From Candidatus Saccharimonadales bacterium (GTDB taxonomy: Bacteria > Patescibacteriota > Saccharimonadia > Saccharimonadales > JAYRRP01): DNA of 64,000 nucleotides. Shown piece by piece: positions 43,493 to 51,748 of this stretch. The notes beneath the pieces are model-generated. The model had not been told where the DNA came from. It saw nothing but the letters and a program-made list of their open reading frames with translations, and did not search any database. The position numbers and the translations under genes were made by a program. The DNA lies in the NCBI GenBank assembly GCA_041910055.1, contig JAYRRP010000003.1, positions 45,973-109,972 on the forward strand, read 5' to 3'. Each line of letters starts with the position of its first letter. Positions within the stretch are counted from its first letter, which is position 1.

Positions 43493-44967
43493 CGCGTGTC
43501 CTCTTTCAATTTCTTCTCTGTTATTATACCATTGCTCACCCTAAAATGACTTTGTGCTATCCAAACGACTGCCACAATTAACCCATACAAAATTGCCATC
43601 TGCGCCAGAGTGAGGGACCGACTAGCGAGAACATGCGGGATACTTGCGAATAAACGGGTAATATCCAGAATGTACACAAGAACCAGCTTAGCTGGCCAAG
43701 CCACCCAACCACTTATGGCAGGCAACGCCATTCCGCAAATTCCGGCCGCTAATGACAGTAACATTGCAAGTGGCACCACCGGTACCACTAATAGGTTGGC
43801 AAGCAATGCAACTAATGAAACTTCCCCAAACACATACATAATAAGTGGTAATGTCATCATTTGTGCAGAAGAGCTTTCAATCAATACCTGTCCAACTAAG
43901 CCGGGTTGTTTATGACGATAAACCTTTTTCGTAATTACCGGTGCAACTACCAATACTCCACTAAATGCCAGAAATGACAAATACCAGCCTACATCGGACC
44001 ACACATAAATTGGATTCCAAGCCGCAGTGATTGCAGCGGCTAATAGCAGCAACACTATAGGCCTGAATTGGCGGCCGTGATACCAGGCTAAGAGCCCTAA
44101 CCCACTTACAATTGCGGCTCTTACAATTGACGCGCTAAAACCAGTAAATAGCAGAAACAGTCCGATTAAGGCGCTTGTAATGATGAGGGTTTGGAATTTT
44201 GATCTTCCCTTCAATATCCTGCTTACCGCATAAATAATAATTGTTAAGTTATAGCCAGAAACCGCAATAATATGCGTGAGCCCGACTGTTCGCAGCTCAT
44301 CTGTCGTTTTTTGGGGCAAAGTAGAACGCTGACCTATCAACAAGCCAAGTGCAAAAGAAGCATGTGGTTCAGGCAAAGCCGTCTGCATCCCAGCCTGAAA
44401 CTGTCTCCGTAAATCATCGATCTTAGAATTACCACGTTGCACTACCTTGAGATCGGCAAAGCTAATGCTGCCCTGCTTTGACCCCCGAGTTTCGTAAAGC
44501 TTTCCCTCTACTTCTACAGTATCACCACGATAAACCATGCTTGTACCAAAACCCTTAATCGCCAACTTACCTACCAGATTGACACTTTCCGGCTCCACTA
44601 CGATCAACTTACTTATATCAAAAGAAAGTTGGGATTTACCCCCATACACTGCATCGTTTTCTGCCACTCCCCGCACCACAATTTTCTGCCCATATAATGA
44701 CGGGTAGTGATGAAGCAGACGTTGATAGATTCCTCCTCGCCACAACCCAGCTAATAACCCGCACAAAACTATTCCGACAAAAGCAGCCCTGGACTGCTTA
44801 TGATAAAAAGCTATTGTAAAGATGATGGCTGGAACCAGCCACCAGACAGAAAGCCCATCTACTATTTTCGTTGCACCAATCCCAACTACAAATGCAGCGA
44901 GTCCGGCCGCCAGTAAAGTGGTGCGTCGCATACTGCTTTTCTGCTTTTTCAGGAGAGAAATGTTCAT
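43444..44967 (-). CDS. comEC: DNA internalisation channel ComEC/Rec2 (no metallo-beta-lactamase domain)
   Basis: DUF4131-like OB region plus the polytopic competence domain (LTHIIAVSGYNL). The protein ends after the last TM and has no HxHxDH motif. It overlaps yebC by 49 nt. Confidence 0.85.
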   Translation of the reverse strand: MNISLLKKQKSSMRRTTLLAAGLAAFVVGIGATKIVDGLSVWWLVPAIIFTIAFYHKQSRAAFVGIVLCGLLAGLWRGGIYQRLLHHYPSLYGQKIVVRGVAENDAVYGGKSQLSFDISKLIVVEPESVNLVGKLAIKGFGTSMVYRGDTVEVEGKLYETRGSKQGSISFADLKVVQRGNSKIDDLRRQFQAGMQTALPEPHASFALGLLIGQRSTLPQKTTDELRTVGLTHIIAVSGYNLTIIIYAVSRILKGRSKFQTLIITSALIGLFLLFTGFSASIVRAAIVSGLGLLAWYHGRQFRPIVLLLLAAAITAAWNPIYVWSDVGWYLSFLAFSGVLVVAPVITKKVYRHKQPGLVGQVLIESSSAQMMTLPLIMYVFGEVSLVALLANLLVVPVVPLAMLLSLAAGICGMALPAISGWVAWPAKLVLVYILDITRLFASIPHVLASRSLTLAQMAILYGLIVAVVWIAQSHFRVSNGIITEKKLKEDTRWPGIANGRKLSDKKA

Positions 44968-45020
44968 TAGGCACCTATAGTAGTCCCCTATTTGCCTATA
45001 AACAAAAGCGTTCGCTAGAA

Positions 45021-45048
45021 TTGACTTTTTGGAGTAAATCGTGATAAT
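45021..45048 (+). promoter_or_regulatory. Candidate promoter TTGACT-N16-GATAAT upstream of tRNA-Lys
   Basis: Hexamers read directly, about 90 nt upstream of the tRNA 5' end. Confidence 0.4.
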
Positions 45049-45138
45049 TAAGTAAGCCTTCCACCCCTATAAAAGCAGTTTGTTTTTCTACTTAGCTTTT
45101 TTGAAATCAAAAAGAAGGCGACTCCGCATTTCCAGCGC

Positions 45139-45215
45139 GGGCCCATAGCTCAGCCGGTTAGAGCACCTGCCTTTTAAGCAGGGTGTCCTGGGTTCGAGTC
45201 CCAGTGGGCCCTCCA
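45139..45215 (+). tRNA. tRNA-Lys (anticodon UUU)
   Basis: Perfect cloverleaf: GGGCCCA/TGGGCCC, CCTGC-CTTTTAA-GCAGG, CTGGG-TTCGAGT-CCCAG, encoded CCA. Confidence 0.95.
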
Positions 45216-45227
45216 AAGTGTATTGAT

Positions 45228-45257
45228 AATAATGCCGTCCAATGGCATTATTTTTTT
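45228..45257 (+). terminator. Rho-independent terminator after tRNA-Lys
   Basis: AATAATGCC-GTCCAAT-GGCATTATT followed by TTTTT, ending at the GNAT start codon. Confidence 0.65.
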
Positions 45258-45764
45258 ATGTCTGAGATGCGTCTAGCCACTTTAGAAGAGACCAAAAGTC
45301 TTCAGGGTTTGTTTATTGAATCGACAAGACACGCTAATCAGGTAGGACATATTGATAGACCGAATCAATTCGAAGAGGAATATTTCATGCCATATATCGA
45401 GGCAAGTGAGTTGCACTGCTTCGATGTTGACGATCAACTTGCCGGAGTCGTGAATCTGGCCGAGGAAGACTGTCCTCCTATCGTTTGGCAAGAAACTGAC
45501 GCACAATACCTATATATTGGGAAATTGGCGACCGCCGATATTGTGAGAGGCAAACACTTTTTCCAACAAACAATGCTACCGGATATTGAGAAGGAAGCTA
45601 TACAAAGAGGCAAACTTGGATTGAGGCTAAGTTGTTTAGGTGATAATCCAAAATTAATAAATTTTTATAACTCAGTCGGATTCGACTTGGTTGGAATGGC
45701 TGGAGTATTTTCAAATTTTTATCAAAAGCACGTTGAAGTTACTAAATTTCAGCGCGAAATCTGA
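45258..45764 (+). CDS. GNAT-family N-acetyltransferase
   Basis: The pattern YIGKLATADIVRGKHFFQQTM...GLRLSC...NPKLINFYNSVGF resembles the acetyl-CoA-binding core. Start set at MSEMRLA, because the 45183 start overlaps tRNA-Lys. Confidence 0.72.
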   Translation: MSEMRLATLEETKSLQGLFIESTRHANQVGHIDRPNQFEEEYFMPYIEASELHCFDVDDQLAGVVNLAEEDCPPIVWQETDAQYLYIGKLATADIVRGKHFFQQTMLPDIEKEAIQRGKLGLRLSCLGDNPKLINFYNSVGFDLVGMAGVFSNFYQKHVEVTKFQREI

Positions 45765-45823
45765 ATTCAGTTGTAACAGTGTGTGCAATATGGCCTCCAA
45801 ACATAAGCATTCTGAGGCAGAAA

Positions 45824-46195
45824 TTAACCCTTTAGCATATCAATTAGAAGTATCAAGAGACCGATTAACAGAATAGAACCAAACACTCTAAACGTATATT
45901 TAGTAAATTTCTCGGGGAAAAGTGTGTCACCTACATAACCTTTTGGATCGCCATAATGCTTGGCTAAAGCGGTTAAGGGGCACTTCATGCCGCTGCCAAA
46001 GAAAACTATACCTTCGACCGTTAGCAATCCTAATGACACATAAAGCAGACAGTTATAATTCTTTGCAATTGCAGCGTACACAATATAAAAAATCGCCGCA
46101 ACCATAACTAGATAGATAAAAGTATGAACGGTTTTAACAAGCATCAGCTTCTTATGATTAGGCGCAACGTTGTCCATAGTTTTACTATACGCCAC
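45824..46195 (-). CDS. Small membrane protein (about 4 TM), unknown function
   Basis: 123-aa hydrophobic ORF. Confidence 0.6.
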   Translation of the reverse strand: MAYSKTMDNVAPNHKKLMLVKTVHTFIYLVMVAAIFYIVYAAIAKNYNCLLYVSLGLLTVEGIVFFGSGMKCPLTALAKHYGDPKGYVGDTLFPEKFTKYTFRVFGSILLIGLLILLIDMLKG

Positions 46196-46278
46196 GCCTA
46201 ATTACGATTATGAATCATATTCCTCACAAAAAAGACCAAGCAATGCACTTGGCCTTTTTTAAGCCGTAAGAAATATAT

Positions 46279-46398
46279 TTATATGGATTTCTTCTTCATG
46301 TCTTTAGCCTTTTGATCCATGCGGCCCTTTGTCTCGTGAGCCTTATTCTCCATTTCATTCATCGTATTTTTGGCCTTGTCTTTAATGTCACCCATCAT
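46279..46398 (-). CDS. Unlisted 39-aa CsbD-like stress protein
   Basis: Manual translation gives MMGDIKDKAKNTMNEMENKAHETKGRMDQKAKDMKKKSI. A GAGGAG SD lies upstream and a hairpin plus T-run (46228-46262) lies downstream. It is too short for the ORF track. Confidence 0.6.
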   Translation of the reverse strand: MMGDIKDKAKNTMNEMENKAHETKGRMDQKAKDMKKKSI

Positions 46399-46539
46399 TC
46401 ACACTCCTCTCACCTTAGTTTGTAACTCAATTATGTACTTTAGGAGAGAGTAGCGCAGCAAAAATTATCACAATATAGCTACACGGCATTTTAATGGCCT
46501 CCAATTTACCCCTACGCATGTGGTAAACTTTAAATTGTT

Positions 46540-46791
46540 ATGGCTACAAAAAGAAAAACAAAATCGCATAGTAAAAAGCCGGGGGCTTGGTTTGTGAAAG
46601 TACGAGGTAGTTACCTACCCGCAAGTATGCAGGGCAAACTTACCTATATTCCCTACTTAGCATATCTGGGGTTCGCACTGGTAGTAGGTCTTAATACGAC
46701 CGACTCACTAGCACAAGCTGCATTGTTTATTGTGCCCAACTGGGTTGCGGCGGCTGTGGTGATGACGTACGTCGCTTCACACAATAGTTAG
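46540..46791 (+). CDS. Small membrane protein (83 aa), basic N-terminus
   Basis: ORF with two hydrophobic helices. TGGTAAACT lies 10 nt upstream. Confidence 0.5.
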   Translation: MATKRKTKSHSKKPGAWFVKVRGSYLPASMQGKLTYIPYLAYLGFALVVGLNTTDSLAQAALFIVPNWVAAAVVMTYVASHNS

Positions 46792-46861
46792 TATAGTTTT
46801 GCAGGTAACAGGTATTGTCGCTACTTGATTATTACTAGAGATTATTGTACTATATTCCTCT

Positions 46862-47719
46862 ATGTTAGAGATTCCCAACCTTACCGAGCTGAGATTAGAT
46901 AAATCTGGGTACGACACTAGGTATGAAATTGACGTTGCCCACCCGTTGCATAACGACCCCTTAGTGGATCCCCGAGAGCCTGAATTTGGATTCGAGGATG
47001 CGAGTAGCTATTACTCAAAGCCAAATGCCATGACAGGCGAAACTTTACCTGGTGTACCTGACGCACCATTATTACGCCTAGATGTTGCCAAAAGAATAGT
47101 TCAGGCCGAGCATTACTTACGAACTGATCCAGAAGTCCGTGAAGTTCTGGGAACGCCAGCCCGTTTACGAATAGATGACGCGTTGCGTCCATACCAGGTA
47201 CAAAAATTTGCTTTTGAAGTAGCTTGGCCAAAGGTGATAAAAGCTAAGAATCCTGATATGACTGATGAGGAAGTAGCAAAACAAGTCCCTAATTACTGTG
47301 CCCGACCTAACGCAAACCTTACGCCAACTCCTCACTTAACCGGTGGCGCAGTAGATGTAGCCTTGGTAAACCTACAGACTAATGAGGCTTTCGATCGTGG
47401 TCATAAAGGCGGTGCAATTAAAGGTACGGCATATCCTGACTTCCACGAAGGCTACCATTTAACAGAGGGCCAAAGCGACATAGAGAATTCACCCGAACAA
47501 GCAGACGTAGCACCTAAAAATAAAGAAATAGTCATGGCACGCAGAATTTTATACTACGCGATGACTGAAGTTGCAGGTCTGTATGTGAATCCTCAAGAAA
47601 TCTGGCATTATGGCAAAGGCGATCCTTTGTCCGAGTATGTATCGGGTAGCAATCACCCATATTATGGCATTGCCGAACTTCCTGAATGGTACACCGATGA
47701 AATGCGGCGTTTACATTAG
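46862..47719 (+). CDS. M15-family zinc peptidase, D-Ala-D-Ala dipeptidase (VanX/DdpX-like)
   Basis: PHLTGGAVDVAL (SxHxxGxAxD-type) and EIWHYG motifs. Confidence 0.75.
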   Translation: MLEIPNLTELRLDKSGYDTRYEIDVAHPLHNDPLVDPREPEFGFEDASSYYSKPNAMTGETLPGVPDAPLLRLDVAKRIVQAEHYLRTDPEVREVLGTPARLRIDDALRPYQVQKFAFEVAWPKVIKAKNPDMTDEEVAKQVPNYCARPNANLTPTPHLTGGAVDVALVNLQTNEAFDRGHKGGAIKGTAYPDFHEGYHLTEGQSDIENSPEQADVAPKNKEIVMARRILYYAMTEVAGLYVNPQEIWHYGKGDPLSEYVSGSNHPYYGIAELPEWYTDEMRRLH

Positions 47720-47782
47720 CACATTCTAGTTCGTTCACGCTTATGCTTGCTACTGCTACAGTGTTATGTAAAAATTTTTTAC

Positions 47783-48118
47783 ATGAGTGAAAAAAGCAGA
47801 GCGAGAAAAGCTTTTGATGCCTGCCCCAATCGCTATGTAGGCAAAATTAATCTAGATAATGCAAAACTCTTTGGAACACGCACGGATTTTAAATGTGCAA
47901 AATATCCAGAAACAAGACAGTTTGCTATTAGTGACCTGGATAGTCGTTCTGAACGTGGAAAGCTAGCTTTCATGTTAGGCTGTGAAACCTGTCCGTATAA
48001 AGACGAAGAGTACGTGGAACAGCGACAAGAGTCTGTAAGGATAGATGGCGTCATAGAAACCGTGATTGATTTTGTGCCAAAAGAACCTATAGAACCTGTT
48101 CCACTAGACGAACAATAA
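47783..48118 (+). CDS. Hypothetical Cys-containing small protein
   Basis: 111 aa. Cys residues at CPNRY, KCAKY and the CETC pair suggest possible metal binding. Confidence 0.5.
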   Translation: MSEKSRARKAFDACPNRYVGKINLDNAKLFGTRTDFKCAKYPETRQFAISDLDSRSERGKLAFMLGCETCPYKDEEYVEQRQESVRIDGVIETVIDFVPKEPIEPVPLDEQ

Positions 48119-48150
48119 AACTGTCGAAAATCAACGCAATGATCTTGATT

Positions 48151-48159
48151 TGATATTAT
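48151..48159 (+). promoter_or_regulatory. Extended -10 (TGATATTAT), 6 nt upstream of ATG 48166 (leaderless candidate)
   Basis: TGA-TATTAT-AAAAAC-ATG, with no SD. Confidence 0.4.
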
Positions 48160-48165
48160 AAAAAC

Positions 48166-48792
48166 ATGAAGAAAGTTGGAGTTTTAGGATCAGGCTTAGT
48201 CGGTCAAACTTTAGCCAATGGGCTCAAGGATGTGGGCTATGAGGTAAAAATCGGGTGCCGGACTGCTAGCAAAGTAGATAATTGGGAAGGTCCTGTCGTT
48301 ACGTTTGCAGAATGTGCAGGCTGGGCAGAGATAATTGTCCTGGCAGTCAAAGGAACGGCCGCCGAAGAAGTAGTTACCTCTGTAAAAAATGAGCTGGCGG
48401 GAAAAACAGTTATCGACACCACAAACCCTATCGCCGCTCAACCACCGGATGATGGAGTACTTCAGTATTTCACGGACATAAATGAATCGCTCATGGAACG
48501 TTTGCAGCAAAAAAGTCCGGCCGCACGATTCGTGAAAGCTTTTAACAGCGTAGGGAATGCCCTCATGGTGAAACCACAGCTTGCCAGTGGACCACCGACC
48601 ATGTTCATATGCGGTGATGATCAAAACGCTAAAAGAGAAGTGACAAAAATACTAGATCAGTTGGGCTGGGAAAGTACGGACATGGGCACAGCCAAATCGG
48701 CTCGAGCACTTGAACCATTATGCATACTGTGGTGTCTGCCCGGATTCTTACGCAATGATTGGCAGCATGCTTTTAAACTGCTCACGAAATAA
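48166..48792 (+). CDS. NADP-binding oxidoreductase (NADPH-dependent F420 reductase / ProC-like Rossmann family)
   Basis: MKKVGVLGSGLVGQTLANGL dinucleotide-binding motif and the expected length. Confidence 0.75.
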   Translation: MKKVGVLGSGLVGQTLANGLKDVGYEVKIGCRTASKVDNWEGPVVTFAECAGWAEIIVLAVKGTAAEEVVTSVKNELAGKTVIDTTNPIAAQPPDDGVLQYFTDINESLMERLQQKSPAARFVKAFNSVGNALMVKPQLASGPPTMFICGDDQNAKREVTKILDQLGWESTDMGTAKSARALEPLCILWCLPGFLRNDWQHAFKLLTK

Positions 48793-48867
48793 AGCAGCGA
48801 TATCAAATTTGGAGATTTAGTTCAGAGCCTTTATGCTTGGAACATAAATATAATCAAGGAAAACGAA

Positions 48868-49212
48868 ATGGAAAAAAGAAATCCCGTAATGGTTGCGGTT
48901 TTGGCTTTTATAACACTCGGCATTTACGGCATTTACTGGTTCGTAAAAACTAAGGGCGAGATGAACCAACGAGGAGCCCAAATACCTACCGCTTGGTTTA
49001 TTATCATACCGTTTGTTAATATCTGGTGGTATTGGAAATACTGCGAAGGAGTAGAAAAGGTCACCAAAGCCCAGCTTTCTACCGTTCTTTCCTTTATCCT
49101 ACTCTATCTTACCGGAGTTATTGGTGTAGCAATCTTGCAAAATTATTTCAACAAAGTCGATACACCCGCGGCACCAGCTCCAGCTGCGCCTGTCGCCCCA
49201 GCTGCTCAGTGA
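48868..49212 (+). CDS. DUF4234-like membrane protein with Ala/Pro-rich tail
   Basis: ITLGIYGIYWFVKTKGEMN signature. Confidence 0.65.
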   Translation: MEKRNPVMVAVLAFITLGIYGIYWFVKTKGEMNQRGAQIPTAWFIIIPFVNIWWYWKYCEGVEKVTKAQLSTVLSFILLYLTGVIGVAILQNYFNKVDTPAAPAPAAPVAPAAQ

Positions 49213-49706
49213 TGTTTGCCATGGTGCTTACCACGCTTGCGGTGGTCTGACCACAACAACAGAAAGCTCACGAGCGCACCGCCTGCAAAGATTAACGGTT
49301 GGTACTGATTGATCATTGTCCATGATTTATCAGATTCAGCTAAGGATTTTGCTCCGTATGGCAAAAGGGGAACTACCAAAACAGCTACTGCCAAACCGCA
49401 CATAGCAGCCGGAATTATATTAATAATCATCTTGGCGCCGCTGACATGTTGCCTAAGCAACAAGGCTGTAATAACTGCTGGGAGCAAGATTATGCCTATT
49501 TGGACGTAATTTTGCGATGAAGGACCGAGTTTGGCCATCAGGTCATTTAATGGTCCATTTGTGCTGTTGCTGACATATTTAGCCACTACACTACCCGTGC
49601 AAAGAGCTAAAAATACAACAGCAGCGTTACTGCGCAACCAAAAGAGGAGTACTACCGGGATTCCAACCAGTAACGCGAGCAATACGATTCCTGTCATCCA
49701 GCCCAT
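49206..49706 (-). CDS. Polytopic membrane protein, His/Lys-rich C-terminus
   Basis: 166-aa hydrophobic ORF. Confidence 0.6.
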   Translation of the reverse strand: MGWMTGIVLLALLVGIPVVLLFWLRSNAAVVFLALCTGSVVAKYVSNSTNGPLNDLMAKLGPSSQNYVQIGIILLPAVITALLLRQHVSGAKMIINIIPAAMCGLAVAVLVVPLLPYGAKSLAESDKSWTMINQYQPLIFAGGALVSFLLLWSDHRKRGKHHGKHH

Positions 49707-49721
49707 AATAGCATGAGCGTC

Positions 49722-50210
49722 TTAAAAGCTCAGCTTTTGCCCTGGAGTGAGGGCGGCTTGGTCAGTAAAGCCTGCCGGGACTTCAATTACATACTTGGCC
49801 TGCACCGCAGGACAATACTCGTGAGGGTATGTTTCGGGCGTCACGTCTTTTTCTATGTGAAGTATTTGTTTGTCTTTGCTTATCCATACGATATCAAGAG
49901 GAAATTTCGTCCCTTTCATCCAGAAGCACTGGGTACCGGATTGGCTGAAGACAAACAGCATACCTTTGTCGTGTGGCAATGAGGAGTATTTTGATAATCC
50001 CACTGCCCGTGCCTCAGGAGTGCGAACAATTTCCAAGTTCACTCGCTTCCCTCCCAACAATACTGCCACTCCTTGTCGTCGGTTCATAATCAACAACAAT
50101 GCACCAAAAATGATAACTACAGAAATGATAATAGCCAGGCTGCGTCGAGATTTATGCACCCACACGATCTTTGCGCCTTTTGCCGCGAGCGTTCTGTTCG
50201 ATATATTCAA
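49722..50210 (-). CDS. DUF192-family protein (membrane-anchored)
   Basis: GLS...GMLFVF...FWMKGTKFPLDIVWI pattern. The N-terminal 59 nt overlap the rimK 3' end, so the start is uncertain. Confidence 0.7.
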   Translation of the reverse strand: MNISNRTLAAKGAKIVWVHKSRRSLAIIISVVIIFGALLLIMNRRQGVAVLLGGKRVNLEIVRTPEARAVGLSKYSSLPHDKGMLFVFSQSGTQCFWMKGTKFPLDIVWISKDKQILHIEKDVTPETYPHEYCPAVQAKYVIEVPAGFTDQAALTPGQKLSF

Positions 50211-51054
50211 TCACTTTTTCCGCGACATTCCGGCCGGTAACTTTCTCAACTGACGATCCAGGGCTCGCATTGACTTCAAGCACTAAAGGCCCACGTCTAG
50301 AACGAATCATATCAACACCGCAAATTGACAGTCCTATTGCCCGGGCAGCTTTTAATGCAGTGCGTCTTTCCTCGTCAGTCAACTTAATAGCAGAGCCAGT
50401 GCCTCCTTGGTGAATATTAGAGCGAAAATCATCATCCAAGCTCTGTCGTTTCATACTAGCAACAACTTTACCGCCAACCACGTGTGCACGAATATCACTA
50501 CCCTCAGACTCTGCAATAAATTCTTGTACTAGAAAGTTCACACCTTCCACATAGAAAGCCTGCATTACAGCTTGGGCAGCCTTTTTGGTTTCCGCCAAGA
50601 CCACCCCCTTCCCATGCGTGCCACGGGCAACTTTGATGATCAAAGGTGTTCCACCAGCTTGCTCAATGACATTATCCAGATCGTCTGTTGCACGAGCAAA
50701 CACAGTCTTTGGAATACCAACACCTGAACGAGCCAACAACTGTGTGCTACGCAATTTGTCTCGTGAGCGCACAATGGCAATCGAGCTTGCAGTACTAAAG
50801 ACACCCATCATCTCAAATTGCCGCACTATTGAGGAACCATATTTGGTAAGATTTGTAGCAATTCGAGGGATAATGACATCTATATCGCCTAACTCTTCAC
50901 CTTCATAGTGGACTTGTGGCCGGCTTTGTTCAATCGTCACATAACATTTGGCATAGTTAATCACCCGCACATCATGTCCGCGAGCTTCAGCCTCCTGACG
51001 CAGCCTTTTAGTAGAGTAGTTACCTGGTCCTTGTGAGAGTATCGCGATCTTCAT
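50152..51054 (-). CDS. rimK: ATP-grasp ligase RimK (alpha-L-glutamate ligase)
   Basis: MKIAILSQGPGNYSTKRLRQEAEARGH closely parallels the E. coli RimK N-terminus, and ATP-grasp motifs run throughout. Confidence 0.9.
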   Translation of the reverse strand: MKIAILSQGPGNYSTKRLRQEAEARGHDVRVINYAKCYVTIEQSRPQVHYEGEELGDIDVIIPRIATNLTKYGSSIVRQFEMMGVFSTASSIAIVRSRDKLRSTQLLARSGVGIPKTVFARATDDLDNVIEQAGGTPLIIKVARGTHGKGVVLAETKKAAQAVMQAFYVEGVNFLVQEFIAESEGSDIRAHVVGGKVVASMKRQSLDDDFRSNIHQGGTGSAIKLTDEERRTALKAARAIGLSICGVDMIRSRRGPLVLEVNASPGSSVEKVTGRNVAEKVIEYIEQNARGKRRKDRVGA

Positions 51055-51056
51055 GT

Positions 51057-51500
51057 TTATGCTCTCCTGGCGTAACGATACTGTGTGCCAATGCGAACGT
51101 CAACCAAAAATCCATGACGGCGCAGAAATTGCCGACCAATTAACACCTCTTTTTTCATATTGGTACGATCACTTAGACTGATAGATACCATGTAATTGAC
51201 TTCCTCAATTTGAATCGTGGTGCGAATAACATAACGCTCTTCAAGCAACCCATTTGAAGAACGTACACGCTTTTTCCTGTAGTGTACAGTCTCCGCACTT
51301 CGCGATTCATCACCCAAAAGATGGAACTGCAATCTTTTGACACCTTCATTATCCGAAACCTCACGCATACCGGTAGCATGCAGGGCACCGGAATATGCTC
51401 CTGTGTCAATTTTAGCCACTACATCTCTTAGCTGGAACTCAGGGAAACTAACCTTTGCGAATGATCCAATAATCGGACGCTCTTTCTTTACCACAAACAA
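51057..51500 (-). CDS. Retropepsin-like aspartic protease (RimK-associated, PF05618-type)
   Basis: AKIDTGAYSGALHA motif. TTG start. Ends 2 nt before rimK. Confidence 0.78.
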   Translation of the reverse strand: MFVVKKERPIIGSFAKVSFPEFQLRDVVAKIDTGAYSGALHATGMREVSDNEGVKRLQFHLLGDESRSAETVHYRKKRVRSSNGLLEERYVIRTTIQIEEVNYMVSISLSDRTNMKKEVLIGRQFLRRHGFLVDVRIGTQYRYARRA

Positions 51501-51555
51501 CCGCCATTTAATTTAAAAGTGAGCCTACCCTATCATATTTTTATACTTTTTTCAA

Positions 51556-51672
51556 CTACGGGGCAGCGTGTCTTACGCGAAGATAGACAAATACAATGGC
51601 AGCCAAGAGGAGAGCAAGAAGCGTGAGAATCAAGGGTATAAATCCGTTTTGTCCCAGACGTTTTAATTTCAT
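51556..51672 (-). CDS. Possible 38-aa single-TM micro-protein upstream of the protease-rimK pair
   Basis: Manual translation gives MKLKRLGQNGFIPLILTLLALLLAAIVFVYLRVRHAAP. It is not in the ORF track, and there is no clear SD. Confidence 0.3.
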   Translation of the reverse strand: MKLKRLGQNGFIPLILTLLALLLAAIVFVYLRVRHAAP

Positions 51673-51712
51673 ATGTACTTATTGTAAAAGAAGAGCAAAT
51701 AAACACAAGCAG

Positions 51713-51742
51713 TTGACTAACATGGATGTTTTATGCTATAAT
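51713..51742 (+). promoter_or_regulatory. Promoter TTGACT-N18-(TGC)TATAAT, 6 nt upstream of ATG 51749
   Basis: Hexamers read directly, with an extended -10 TG. ATG 51749 sits at the expected transcription start. Confidence 0.55.
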
Positions 51743-51748
51743 ATGCAA

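Noticed and set aside
45183-45257. Upstream extension of the GNAT ORF.
   Set aside because: It overlaps the 3' end of tRNA-Lys and its terminator hairpin.
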